Assembly: GCA_964016885.1 (NCBI GenBank)
Contig: OZ024742.1
Coordinates: 53,258,001-53,322,000, forward strand
From: Eledone cirrhosa
Taxonomy: Eukaryota
Length of the DNA stretch: 64,000 bases
Reading direction: 5' to 3'
The notes below the pieces were generated by a model. The model saw only the letters and a program-made list of their open reading frames with translations. It was not told the origin of the DNA and made no database searches. A program made the translations under genes and the position numbers. How positions within the stretch are numbered: position 1 is the first letter of the stretch; each line of letters starts with the position of its first letter. Below are positions 1 to 12,192 of this stretch, piece after piece.

Positions 1-679
1 TTACAAAGTATACTCATAACTGAATGCAATTTTTGATTTGTTATCCTTCTGTGTACAACATTGTGGTGATATTATCCAAGCTGTGAAAGTTGTATTATTG
101 ACTAATTTCAGCAATTAACTTGAGTGAAATATCTTTATTTATAAGAGCTTTTAAAAACATATAATTAAGCATAATTGAAATCCAAAGATAACGAAGCTGA
201 CAAAATTTATTGTTCATCGCGTGTTGTGATCAATCGAAAAGAAATGCATAGATCAATTTCTATTATAGATTATATTTTATTTCTCTATTGAACTGAATTA
301 TTTAGGTATGTGTGTGATAGGTAATCTTAGTTTACTAAGATTACCTATATATATATATATATATCTGATGTACAGCTAGCAGAACCTATGGAAATGTCAT
401 GTAATATAATTCTTCTTATTTTGATGTGTGAGGGAGGGCATCCAGCTATAGAAATCAAATCAAAAACAGCACACAAGCAGGGCATGATCACTTGACCAGT
501 CTAGCCTCTGTGACAACATGTACAGCCATTGTAAGTATGGAAAGTAAATGTTAAACAGTGATGATGAGGATGATGGGGATGAATATTGATGATGATGGTG
601 GTGATGTTGGGTATGGTGATGATGATGCATAAATTTACAGATCTTCATAAGATCATTTCATTACATTAATATATTAGCG

Positions 680-864
680 GGCGGTGGATTGGCAGTATTG
701 GTAGAGGGTCGGACACCATGCTTTGCAGCACAGTTACGTCCCTTTACGGACTGAGTTCAAATCCCGCCGAGGTTAACTTTGCCTTTCATCCTTATGGGGT
801 CGATAAAATAAAGTACCAGTAATACACTGGGATAATTGCTGGCCTTGTGCCAAAAGTAGAAACA
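680..864 (+). mobile_element. tRNA-derived SINE, family A
   Basis: Pol III-like head (tggcagtattggtaga; gagttcaaatccc), central gcctttcatcc..ggggtcgataaa..agtacc block, 15-bp TSD attaatatattagcg at 665-679 and 865-879; second copy at 52754-52933. Confidence 0.85.
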
Positions 865-1100
865 ATTAATATATTAGCGTGACTTCAATTTCATTCTATA
901 GTTAATATTGTTTATAGCATAACACTTAAACTTGTTTCAGTATGTTGAGGATTTTTTGTATTCCATTGTGTTCCACAGTTAATATTGTTTAAAGCATAAC
1001 AATTGCTCTCGTTTTGTTATATTAACCCTTTTATTGTCATATTTCTAATGAAATACACTGCTTCATTTTGTAACTAATTTATATATATATATAATTATAT

Positions 1101-1667
1101 ATAAACGGAAAAAATGAAACGAAATTTCATTTCTCACTCTTAGTACGGCTGTTACTTAAATATAAGTATGTATACGTACATACATATATGTATACAGACG
1201 TACAGTAGTATGTATATATATATACATACATGCACACATATATATATGTACGTATGGATTCACCGAACATTTATTATAATGCTCGGTGTGTTTGTAAACA
1301 AACATCCCGAATTAAGCCGTACAATGTCTAGCAACCATCGTTGCTCATTTGTTCAACACTGACAAAAGAACGCTGTACTAGTTTCAAACTTATTAGCTAT
1401 CGTCAGCAATGTATACCTTCCTGCCAGATGGTTGAGCGTCTGAAAGTATACACTTTCCTTATGCATATTAACGGCTGAGCAGCCTAATTTGCATATCGAG
1501 TGAGTTAATCGGCCGGGGTACCGAAAACGATAAACGGAAAAAATGAAACATTATAATAAATGTTCGGTGAATCCGTACGTACATGTATATATGTGTGCAT
1601 GTATGTATATATATACATACTACTGTACGTCTGTATACATATATGTATGTACGTATACATACTTATA
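1101..1667. mobile_element. Dispersed copy of the 424-bp HHR repeat family: about 1.05 units on - joined head-to-head to about 115 bp on +
   Basis: Closely similar to the array unit at 28-33 kb; unit end ataaacggaaaaaatgaaac occurs at 1101 and again at about 1530; orientation flips near 1550; flanked by (AT)n. Confidence 0.85.
1370..1412 (-). ncRNA. Minimal type I hammerhead ribozyme
   Basis: Minus strand: acattg CTGACGA tagct-aata-agttt GAAA CTAG TA cagcgt; one mismatch in stem I. Confidence 0.75.
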
Positions 1668-1958
1668 TATATATAATTATATATATATATGTGTATGTAT
1701 ATATCAGAAGGGGAAAATAAGCGAGTTATATACAAGAAGGGAAATAAATAATTTTCTATATATATAATAAACGCAACGACAAAGATCTGGTCCGAACGTG
1801 GAAGAGCCGAACTCCCACTGTCATCGCCTCCATATCTCTCGCCCTTCCCATCTCTCTGTATGGTGAGGAAATGGGGTCCCACATGCTGGCCTCCCCACAG
1901 CCCCGGTGGACAGAATGGAGAAGGCGCTTCCCCGGAGGATGGTAAGGGAGATGCGCTG

Positions 1959-2000
<42 letters not shown>

Positions 2001-2136
2001 TATGTATACGTACATACATATATGTAAGCAACTACCACACCCCTTCCAACCTGACCACGACTGTCACGATTCATAGCCATTTTGAATGAATTCTTGGCGC
2101 GATCACTTTGGAAAATTTTAGTGTCTAGATCAGAGC

Positions 2137-2227
2137 AAACTTCCTGATGAATCCGGTGCTCGAGTGACATAATTATTACATAATTATTGGAAATCTCAAA
2201 ATGCGGATGAAACCATGGTAGAGGTTT
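2137..2227 (+). ncRNA. Type I hammerhead ribozyme with enlarged stem II
   Basis: aaacttc CTGATGA atccg-[48 nt]-cggat GAAA CCATGG TA gaggttt; 7-bp stem I (one G-U), palindromic ACCATGGT stem III. Confidence 0.8.
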
Positions 2228-2583
2228 TTAAATGTATTCTATTTTCTCCTAGTTTATTTTACACCTAATTCTGTTTAATTGACTGTATCTGGGCAATTAC
2301 GCTGTCGAAATATTCGATAAATATTCCGTTGCAGCCGACGCGAAGGGATAGTTTCGGTTATTTGTTGGAGATTTCTTCATAGAAGCCTCATTCTTATAGC
2401 CTGGTCTATTCGATTTTTTATATAGTTAATTATGCTAATTGGGAGAGGAAATGGTATATATTTTATCTGGTGATTCTATAGACATGTTTTATGATATATA
2501 GCTCTGATTATTTAATTTATTAAATTTTCATTGAGCCACAATGTGACCCGTTGCAAAACACGTATATGTATATATGTAAACTT

Positions 2584-2584
2584 T

Positions 2585-2617
<33 letters not shown>

Positions 2618-2716
2618 GTATGTATGTATGTGTATATGTATGTATGTATGTGTATGTATATGTATGTATGTATGTGTATATATATGTATGTATGTGTATA
2701 TATATGTATGTATGTG

Positions 2717-2747
<31 letters not shown>

Positions 2748-3071
2748 GTATATATATGTATGTATGTATGTGTATATGTATGTATGTATGTATGTGTATA
2801 TATATGTATGTATGTATGTGTATATATATGTATGTATGTATGTGTATATATATGTATGTATGTATATATATATGTATGTATGTGTATATATGTATGTATG
2901 TATGTGTATATATACATGTATGTATGTATGTGTATATATACATGTATGTATGTATGTGTATATATACATGTATGTATGTATGTGTATATATACATGTATG
3001 TATGTATGTGTATATATACATGTATGTATGTGTATATATACATATATGTATGTATATATATATATATATAT
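2584..3071. repeat. (TA)n/(TATG)n microsatellite
   Basis: Direct inspection. Confidence 0.97.
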
Positions 3072-3640
3072 GTACAACCTGTCTCATGGTCGGGTCGTTG
3101 GCGACTAAACTGGCAACCCCACCAAGGTTTCTTGGTGAGGAGGGTGACTTTGGACATCCTGCAGGACTAAAAACAAAACCTGTCAAAGGGCAAAGGAGCT
3201 CGTAAGAGTCAATGACCATCCAAAATCACCGGGAGAGATGACCCCTTAGCCTTTGTCAAGGCAGAATTCTAGGAGAAGGAAAACTCTGATATAACACCTG
3301 CAACCCTGATGGTATCCAATGATGTTGACTTGTTCTTCTTTTTGGTAAATATCATCTTGGTTAAGAGAGTGGGACTGGCTTTGTGCAGTGCCTTTGCTCA
3401 CTATAAAAGCTTCACGGCACAGGCATTGCTTTATATCTGGAGATCTCTCTGCACTTGTCGTCACATGGTACCATGGGCCCAGCACTATGTGTCAATAATT
3501 GTCACAAGTGTAGTGTCTGTACCAGAGTTTTCAAGTCGCTGGCTGGACTAAAAAGTCACACTCGTTCAGCGCATCGGTAGGGGTTCTCCTACATGGATAT
3601 AAAGTAGTGGCCGTACTCGAAAACGAGTTGGCAGCCACCA
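3072..3640 (+). mobile_element. Internally deleted non-autonomous RTE derivative (5' leader plus zinc-finger/3' tail)
   Basis: Leader also present at 46250-46406 (-); contains ttctaggagaagg, shared with the 5' region of the intact RTE; 3' part encodes [22 protein letters not shown] (compare the intact ORF end) and tail ggccgtactcgaaaacgagttggcagcca (compare 11970-12002). Confidence 0.7.
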
Positions 3641-3780
3641 TATATGTATGTATGTGTATATATATACATATATGTATGTATGTGTATATATATACATATA
3701 TGTATGTATGTGTATATATATACATATATGTATGTGTATATATATACATATATGTATGTATGTATATATATGTATGTATG

Positions 3781-3811
<31 letters not shown>

Positions 3812-3912
3812 ATATATATATATGTATGTATGTATATATATATATATATATGTATGTATGTGTATATATACATGTATGTATGTATGTATATATATATATA
3901 CATGTATGTATG

Positions 3913-3955
<43 letters not shown>

Positions 3956-3976
3956 GTATATATACATATATGTATG

Positions 3977-4021
<45 letters not shown>

Positions 4022-4022
4022 G

Positions 4023-4079
<57 letters not shown>

Positions 4080-4096
4080 GTATATATACATATATG

Positions 4097-4139
<43 letters not shown>

Positions 4140-4156
4140 GTATATATACATATATG

Positions 4157-4199
<43 letters not shown>

Positions 4200-4220
4200 G
4201 TATATATACATATATGTATG

Positions 4221-4259
<39 letters not shown>

Positions 4260-4278
4260 ATATATACATATATGTATG

Positions 4279-4321
<43 letters not shown>

Positions 4322-4348
4322 GTATATATACATATATGTATGTATGTA

Positions 4349-4389
<41 letters not shown>

Positions 4390-4410
4390 GTATATATACA
4401 TATATGTATG

Positions 4411-4461
<51 letters not shown>

Positions 4462-4484
4462 ATATATACATATATGTATGTATG

Positions 4485-4530
<46 letters not shown>

Positions 4531-4554
4531 TGTGTATATATACATATATGTATG

Positions 4555-4599
<45 letters not shown>

Positions 4600-4626
4600 G
4601 TATGTGTATATATACATATATGTATG

Positions 4627-4697
<71 letters not shown>

Positions 4698-4720
4698 GTG
4701 TATATATACATATATGTATG

Positions 4721-4770
<50 letters not shown>

Positions 4771-5485
4771 ATGTATGTATGTATGTATGTGTATATATAC
4801 ATATATGTATGTATGTATATATATATATATATATATATATAATGTATGTATGTATGTATGTGTATATATATATGTATGTATGTGTATATATATATGTATG
4901 TATGTATGTGTATATATATATATATGTATGTATGTGTATATATATATATATGTATGTATGTGTATATATATATATATGTATGTATGTGTATATATATATA
5001 TATGTATGTATGTGTATATATATATATGTATGTATGTATGTGTATATATATATGTATGTATGTATGTGTATATATATATGTATGTATGTGTATATATATA
5101 TGTATGTATGTATGTGTATATATATATGTATGTATGTGTATATATATATGTATGTATGTATGTGTATATATATATGTATGTATGTGTATATATATATGTA
5201 TGTATGTATGTGTATATATATATGTATGTATGTATGTGTATATATATATGTATGTATGTATGTGTATATATATGTATGTATGTATGTGTATATATATATG
5301 TATGTATGTATGTGTATATATATATGTATGTATGTATGTGTATATATATATGTATGTATGTATGTGTATATATATATGTATGTATGTATGTGTATATATA
5401 TGTATGTATGTATGTGTATATATACATATATGTATGTATGTGTATATATACATATATGAATGTATGTATATATATATATATATAT
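3641..5485. repeat. (TA)n/(TATG)n compound microsatellite
   Basis: Direct inspection. Confidence 0.97.
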
Positions 5486-6558
5486 AAGCTAACTAAGAAC
5501 ACAGATTTTACATGTGGCCGGTGCTCTGGTGCAACAAGTAGCATCAAGTGCCCACAAAATACTAGCTTTTCAATTGCGCAGAGGGTTCTATAGAAATAGT
5601 GGACAGCTTCCGTTACCTGGGTGACAAAATCAGCAGTGGGGGAGGGTGCTCTGAAAGTACAGTAGCTAGAGTCAGAACTGGATGGAAAAAGTTCAGAGAG
5701 CTTATACCACTATTGGCCGCTAAAGGGTTCTCCCTAAAAATGAAAGGCAGGCTGTATGATGCCTGCATACGAACAGCAATGTTGCATGGCAGTCAGACCT
5801 GGGCATTGTGTGCAGAGGATATACGCAGACTAGAGAGGAACGAAGCTTGCATGCTCCGCTGGATGTGTAATAGTAATATACGTGAACGGCAAAGCATAAA
5901 CGAACTAAGGGAAAAATTAGAAATAAGAGGGATCAGATGTTGTTGACTCGAGAGAAGGCTACGTTGGTATGGTCACGTGATGCGCATGAAAGACGACAGC
6001 TGTATAAAAAAGTGCAGGGCAATAAAGATAGACGGTAGCCACGGAGTAGGCAGACCCAGAAAAGCCTGGGACGACCTGATAAATTCCGACCTCACACACT
6101 TACACCTCTCCAAGACAATGTCACTGGACCGAGATCTTTGGTGGTACTCAGTAATAGAGAAGACCCGCCTTACCTAAATACAAAGTAAAACCTACTACAG
6201 CCAGTAGGCATCTCTAACAAAATACACCCCCGTCCCATCCACACCGCCCCTTTCAATGTAAGGTTATGTTGGTGCCACAACATCCAGGCCGAAACAAATG
6301 AGATCGTGTAGGTGTCACGACAAAAAAACACACTGTCCACGCTGTAATGTGGCCGTGTAGGCAACACGGTAAAAACCTCCCAGTCCCACACTATAAATGT
6401 GGTTGGTGTTAGGAAGGGCATCCATCTGTAGAAAACCCGCCAGACAGTCCTATGCGAGCAAGACAACCATTCGTGCCTCAAGTGGGAAAACTCCCGTCCA
6501 AACCCATGCAAGCGTGGAACATGGACGTTAAACGATGATGATGATGACGATGATGATG
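5486..6558 (+). mobile_element. 5'-truncated RTE LINE (PHD-bearing family 1), 3' end with (GAT)n tail
   Basis: [30 protein letters not shown] frames with stops; 3' UTR ends ggacgttaaac(gat)n. Confidence 0.9.
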
Positions 6559-6659
6559 TATGTATGTATATATATATACTTTTCCCATCTTGACGTTATA
6601 GTCGCATATATGTTATAGAATGCCGTTAGCTTCTTGCTAAAACAATCTCTATACCTCTC

Positions 6660-6660
<1 letters not shown>

Positions 6661-6703
<43 letters not shown>

Positions 6704-6804
6704 GTATGTGTATATATACATATATCTATGTATGTATGTGTATATATACATATATGTATGTATGTATATATATATGTATGTATGTATATATATATGTATG
6801 TATG

Positions 6805-6842
<38 letters not shown>

Positions 6843-6956
6843 TGTATGTATGTATGTGTATATATACATATATGTATGTATGTATGTGTATATATACATA
6901 TATGTATGTATGTATATATATATATATATGTATTTATGTGTATATATACATGTATG

Positions 6957-7001
<45 letters not shown>

Positions 7002-7556
7002 ATATATATATATATGTATGTGTATATATATATATATGTATGTGTATATATATATGTATGTATGTATGTATGTGTATATATATATGTATGTATGTATGTG
7101 TATATATATATGTATGTATGTATGTGTATATATATATGTATGTATGTGTATATATACATATATGTATGTGTATATATATATGTATGTACGTATGTGTATA
7201 TATACATATATGTATGTATATATATATGTATGTATGTATGTGTATATGTACATATATGTATGTATATATACATATATGTATGTATATATACATATATGTA
7301 TGTATGTATGTATAGATATATGTATGTATGTATATATACATATATGTATGTATGTATATATACATATATGTATGTATTTATATATACATATATGTATGTA
7401 TGTATATATACATATATGTATGTATGTATATATACATATATGTATGTATGTATATATACATATATGTATGTATGTGTATATATACATATATGTATGTATG
7501 TGTATATATACATATATGTATGTATGTGTATATATAAATATATGTATGTATGTATG

Positions 7557-7599
<43 letters not shown>

Positions 7600-8004
7600 G
7601 TATATATACATGTATGTATGTGTATAAATAGATATATGTATGTATGTATGTGTATATATACATATATGTATGTATGTACGTGTATAAATAGATATATGTA
7701 TGTATGTATGTGTATATATACATATATGTATGTATGTATGTGTATATATACATATATGTATGTATGTGTATATATATATACAGATATGTATGTATGTATG
7801 TGTATATATATACATATATGTATGTATGTATGTGTATATATATATACATATATGTACGTATGTATGTGTATATACATACATATATGTATGTGTATATATA
7901 TACATATATGTATGTATGTGTATATATACATATATATATGTATGTATGTGTATATATACATATATATATATGTATGTATGTCTATATATACACATATATG
8001 TATG

Positions 8005-8047
<43 letters not shown>

Positions 8048-8086
8048 ATATCTATCTCTCTCTCTATATATATATATGAACATATA
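6661..8086. repeat. (TA)n/(TATG)n compound microsatellite
   Basis: Direct inspection. Confidence 0.97.
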
Positions 8087-9163
8087 TAAGAACACAGATT
8101 TTATATGTGGCTGGTGCTCTGGTGCAATAAGTAGCAGCAAGTGCCCACAGAATACTAGCTCATTCCATTGCACAGATGGTTCTATGGAAATAGTGGACAG
8201 CTTCCGTTACCTGGGTGACAAAATCAGCAGTGGGGGAGGGTGCTCTGAAAGTACAGTAGCTAGAGTCAGAACTGGATGGAAAAAGTTCAGAGAGCTTATA
8301 CCACTATTGGCCGCTAAAGGGTTCTCCCTAAAAATGAAAGGCAGGCTGTATGATGCCTGCATACAAACAGCAATGTTACATGGCAGTGAGACCTGGGCAT
8401 TGTGTGCAGAGGATATACGCAGACTGGAGAGGAACGAAGCTTGCATGCTCCGCTGGATTTCTAATAGTAATATACGTGAATGGCAAAGCATAAACGAACT
8501 AAGGGAAAAATTAGAAATAAGAGGGATCAGATGTTGTTTACTTGAGAGAAGACTACGTTGGTATGGTCACGTGATGTGCATGAAAGACGACAGCTGTATA
8601 AAAAAGTGCAGGGCAATAAAAATAGACGGTAGCCACGGAGTAGGCAGACCCAGAAAAACCTGGGACGACTTGATAAATTCCGACCTTACACACTTACACC
8701 TCTCCAAGACAATGTCACTGGACCGAGATCTTTGGCGCTACACAGTAATGCAGAAGACCCGCCTTACCTAAATACAAAGTGAAACCTACTACAGTCAGTA
8801 GGCACCTCTAACAAAAATACACCCCCGTCGCACCACCTCCACCCCATCCACACCACCCCTTTCAATGTAAAGTTATGTTGGTACCACAACATCCAGTCCG
8901 AAACAAATGAGGTCGTGTAGGTGTCACAACAAAAAAAAAACACACAGTCTTCGCTGTAATGTGGCCGTGTAGGTAACATGGTAAAAACCTCCCAGTCCAC
9001 ACTGTAAACGTGGTTGGTGTTAGGAAGGGCATCCAGCCGTAGAAAACCCGCCAGACAGTCCTATGCGAGCAAGACAACCAATCTTGCCTCAAGTGGGAAA
9101 ATTCCCGTCCTAACCCATGCAAGCGTGGAATATGGCCGTTAAACGATGATGATGATGATGATG
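8087..9163 (+). mobile_element. 5'-truncated RTE LINE (family 1)
   Basis: C-terminal ORF to 8771, 3' UTR and (GAT)n tail; highly similar to 5486-6558. Confidence 0.9.
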
Positions 9164-9229
9164 TATGTGTATATATATATATATATGTATGTGTATATCT
9201 ATATATATATATATATATGTATGTGTATA

Positions 9230-9280
<51 letters not shown>

Positions 9281-9284
<4 letters not shown>

Positions 9285-9650
9285 TCATCATCATCGTTTA
9301 ACGTCCGTGTTCCACGCTTGCATGGGTTTGGACGGGAGTTTTCCCACTTGAGGCAAGAGTGATTGTCTTGCTCGCATAGGACTGTCTGGCGGGTTTTCTA
9401 CAGCTGGATGCCCTTCCTAACACCTACCACATTTACAGTGTGGGGCTGGGAGGTTTTTACCGTGTTGCCTACACGGCCACATTACAGCGAAGACTGTGTG
9501 TTTTTTTTTGTCGTGACACCTACACGACCTCATTTGTTTCGGCCTGGATGCTGTGGCACCAACATAACCTTACATTGAAAGGGGCGGTGTGGATGGGACG
9601 GGGGTGTATTTTGTTAGAGATGCCTACTGACTGTAGTAGGTTTTACTTTG
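9281..9650 (-). mobile_element. RTE family 1 3' UTR fragment
   Basis: Reverse complement of the 6180-6545 UTR, with (ATC)n. Confidence 0.88.
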
Positions 9651-9694
9651 TATATATATATATATATGTATGTGTATATATACATATATATATA

Positions 9695-9937
9695 TAAGTA
9701 TGCATACGTATACACATATATATATATATATACACACACATATATATATACATATACATATGTACATATGTGTTATATCGAACATTAATAATTTGATTCG
9801 TTTGTAAACAAATGGTCCAATTAAAGCTGTGCCGGGCCAATGACAAATCAGCATCCGTTTGTCAACATTGGCATTGAGGAACAATCAACATGTTTTGGGG
9901 TCATACCCTTCATCAGGACCATTGCCAATCTGTTGAA
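9695..9937 (-). mobile_element. Distant relative of the 424-bp HHR family with degenerate HHR (9880-9926)
   Basis: Shares cgaacatt, gtttgtaaacaaa, gtttgtcaaca, aggaac in the same order; minus strand CTGATGA agggt-atg-acccc aAAA CATG TT (GAAA changed to AAAA). Confidence 0.6.
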
Positions 9938-10705
9938 TCGCCCTGCACTTTTTTATATAGCTGTCGTCTTTCATGCGCATCACGTGACCATACCAACGTA
10001 GTCTTCTCTCGAGTAAACAGCATCTGATCCCTCTTATTCCTAATTTCTCACTTCGTTCATTTATGCTTTGCCGTTCACGTATATTACTATTACACATCCA
10101 GCGGAGCATGCAAGCTTCGTTCCTCTCCAGTCTGCGTAGATCCTCTGCACACAATGTCCAAGTCTCACTGCCATGTAACATTGCTGTTCATATGCAGGCA
10201 TCATACAGCCTGCCTTTCATTTTTAGAGAGAAACCTTTAGCGGCCAATAGTGGTATAAGCTCTCTGAACTTTCTCCATCCCGTTCTGACTCTAGCTATTG
10301 TACTTTCAGAGCACCCTCCACCACTGCTGATTTTGTCACCCAGGTAATGGAAGGTGTCCACTATTTCTATAGAACCATCTGGGCAATGGACTGAGCTAGT
10401 ATTCTTTGGGCACTTGCTGCTACTTATTGCACCTGAGCACCGACCACATATAAAATCTATATTCTTAGTTAGCTTACCTGTGATCCCACTACATCTTTTA
10501 TGCACCCATACTTTGCATTTGGGACATAAAATAGAGTTTCTGCCTACTCCTTTCCTACACACTGAGCATGGCCATTTCCCAGATGGGACCAGTGCCCTAT
10601 TTTCCTTCCTACATACTAGAACTTTAGTCTTAGACAGGTTAATTTTTTTAGACAGGCCTTTTGATTCTAGGCCATGCTTCCATGTTTGGAAGTTCTTCTC
10701 TAGAT
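9938..10705 (-). mobile_element. RTE family 1 internal fragment (RT end, PHD, C-terminus)
   Basis: ORFs 10188-10739 and 9885-10181; WPCSVCRKG..CKVWVHKRC. Confidence 0.9.
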
Positions 10706-10821
10706 ATTTATATATATATATACATATATATATATACACACATATATATATATATACATATATATATACACATATCTATATATATATACACACATTTATA
10801 TATATATATACACATATATAT

Positions 10822-11932
10822 ATAATAATAATAATAATAATAAAATTATTGTGTAAAGTGCTCAGGTGCACCACAACTCGTCAAAGGTGTATGTATAGTA
10901 CATAGAATAATACACAAATGTCAGGGAAGTGAATAGTGTATGAGTCATGGTATACATGTGTGTATGTGTATGGAGGGGGAACATTAGGTGTAGTATTGGC
11001 GGATCTCGGGAAGCATGGAGGCCTTAAAGGATGCAGTGTCTCGACAGCTAATAACTGATGCAGGTAGTTTGTTCCATGCTTCAGCAACTCTGAGCGTGAA
11101 AAAATGTTTCCGAAAGTCATGGGAACTGTGCTGTTTTCTGACTTTGTGGGCATGCCCATGTGTGTTAGACACATGGAAATCAAAAAGGTACTCAGGGTTG
11201 TTGTTGGCAAGATGGTTAACAATTTTGTGGGTGTTTACCAAGTCAGTTACCAGACGTCGGAGCTACAATGTATCCATGCCCAGGGAAGCAAGGCATTCCG
11301 AGTATGGTAGATGCCTGATGGAGGGTATTCTCTTGGTTGCACGTCTCTGAACAGTTTCCAGGCGGTCAATGTTCTGAGCAAGATAGGGGTTCCAGACTGG
11401 TGATGCAAATTCTAAGTGTGGCTGCACCATAGCCATGTACAGCCTTAAATAGATAACTGGAGAGCGGCTGAGAAAGGTCTTGCTGACTGATGCTAAGACA
11501 CCATCGGCCCTCTTGACAATTTTAGAGACGTGCTTCGTCCAACGCAAATCGCTGCTGACCGCAATGCCCAGGTCACGTTCACAAGAAGACTTCTTGATAT
11601 TAGTTTTGTGGAGGGAGTATGTGGACGCTGGGTTTTTACTCCCAAAATGCATGGGGGTGCACTTGTCACAGCTAGCTTGAGTTGCCAGTCTGAGATCCAT
11701 TGTTGCATTGTGTCCAGGTCAGACTGCAAGCAAGACCTATAGTGTTCAGGATCTGTCCTTTTTATCTCAAGGTACAGCTTGATTTCATCTGCGTACTTTA
11801 GTACCGTGGCATTCTTTAAGTTGGCATCTATGTCATTAATATATGCTACAAACAAACGGGGGCCAAGAACAGATCTCTGTGGTACATCAGATGACATCTC
11901 ATATGGTGAGGAATGCTGTCCCAGAACCGTAT
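10822..11932 (-). mobile_element. 5'-truncated CR1/L2-group LINE with (ATT)n tail
   Basis: Frameshifted PQ.SVLGP.LF..YIND, KYADE, PHLEFASPVWNP, LETVQRRATK, FF.LRV..WNKLP; same 3' terminus at 56330-56390. Confidence 0.85.
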
Positions 11933-11968
11933 GCACATATATATATACATATATATATACACATATAT

Positions 11969-12035
11969 ATGATGGCTGCCCCCTCGTTATCGAGTATGGC
12001 CATTGCACAATAAAAAAAAAAAAAAAAAAAAAAAA

Positions 12036-12078
<43 letters not shown>

Positions 12079-12154
12079 GCAATAATAATAATAACGACAA
12101 CAACAATAATATACATATCCACACATACATACACACACACGCACGCACATAAGC

Positions 12155-12192
<38 letters not shown>

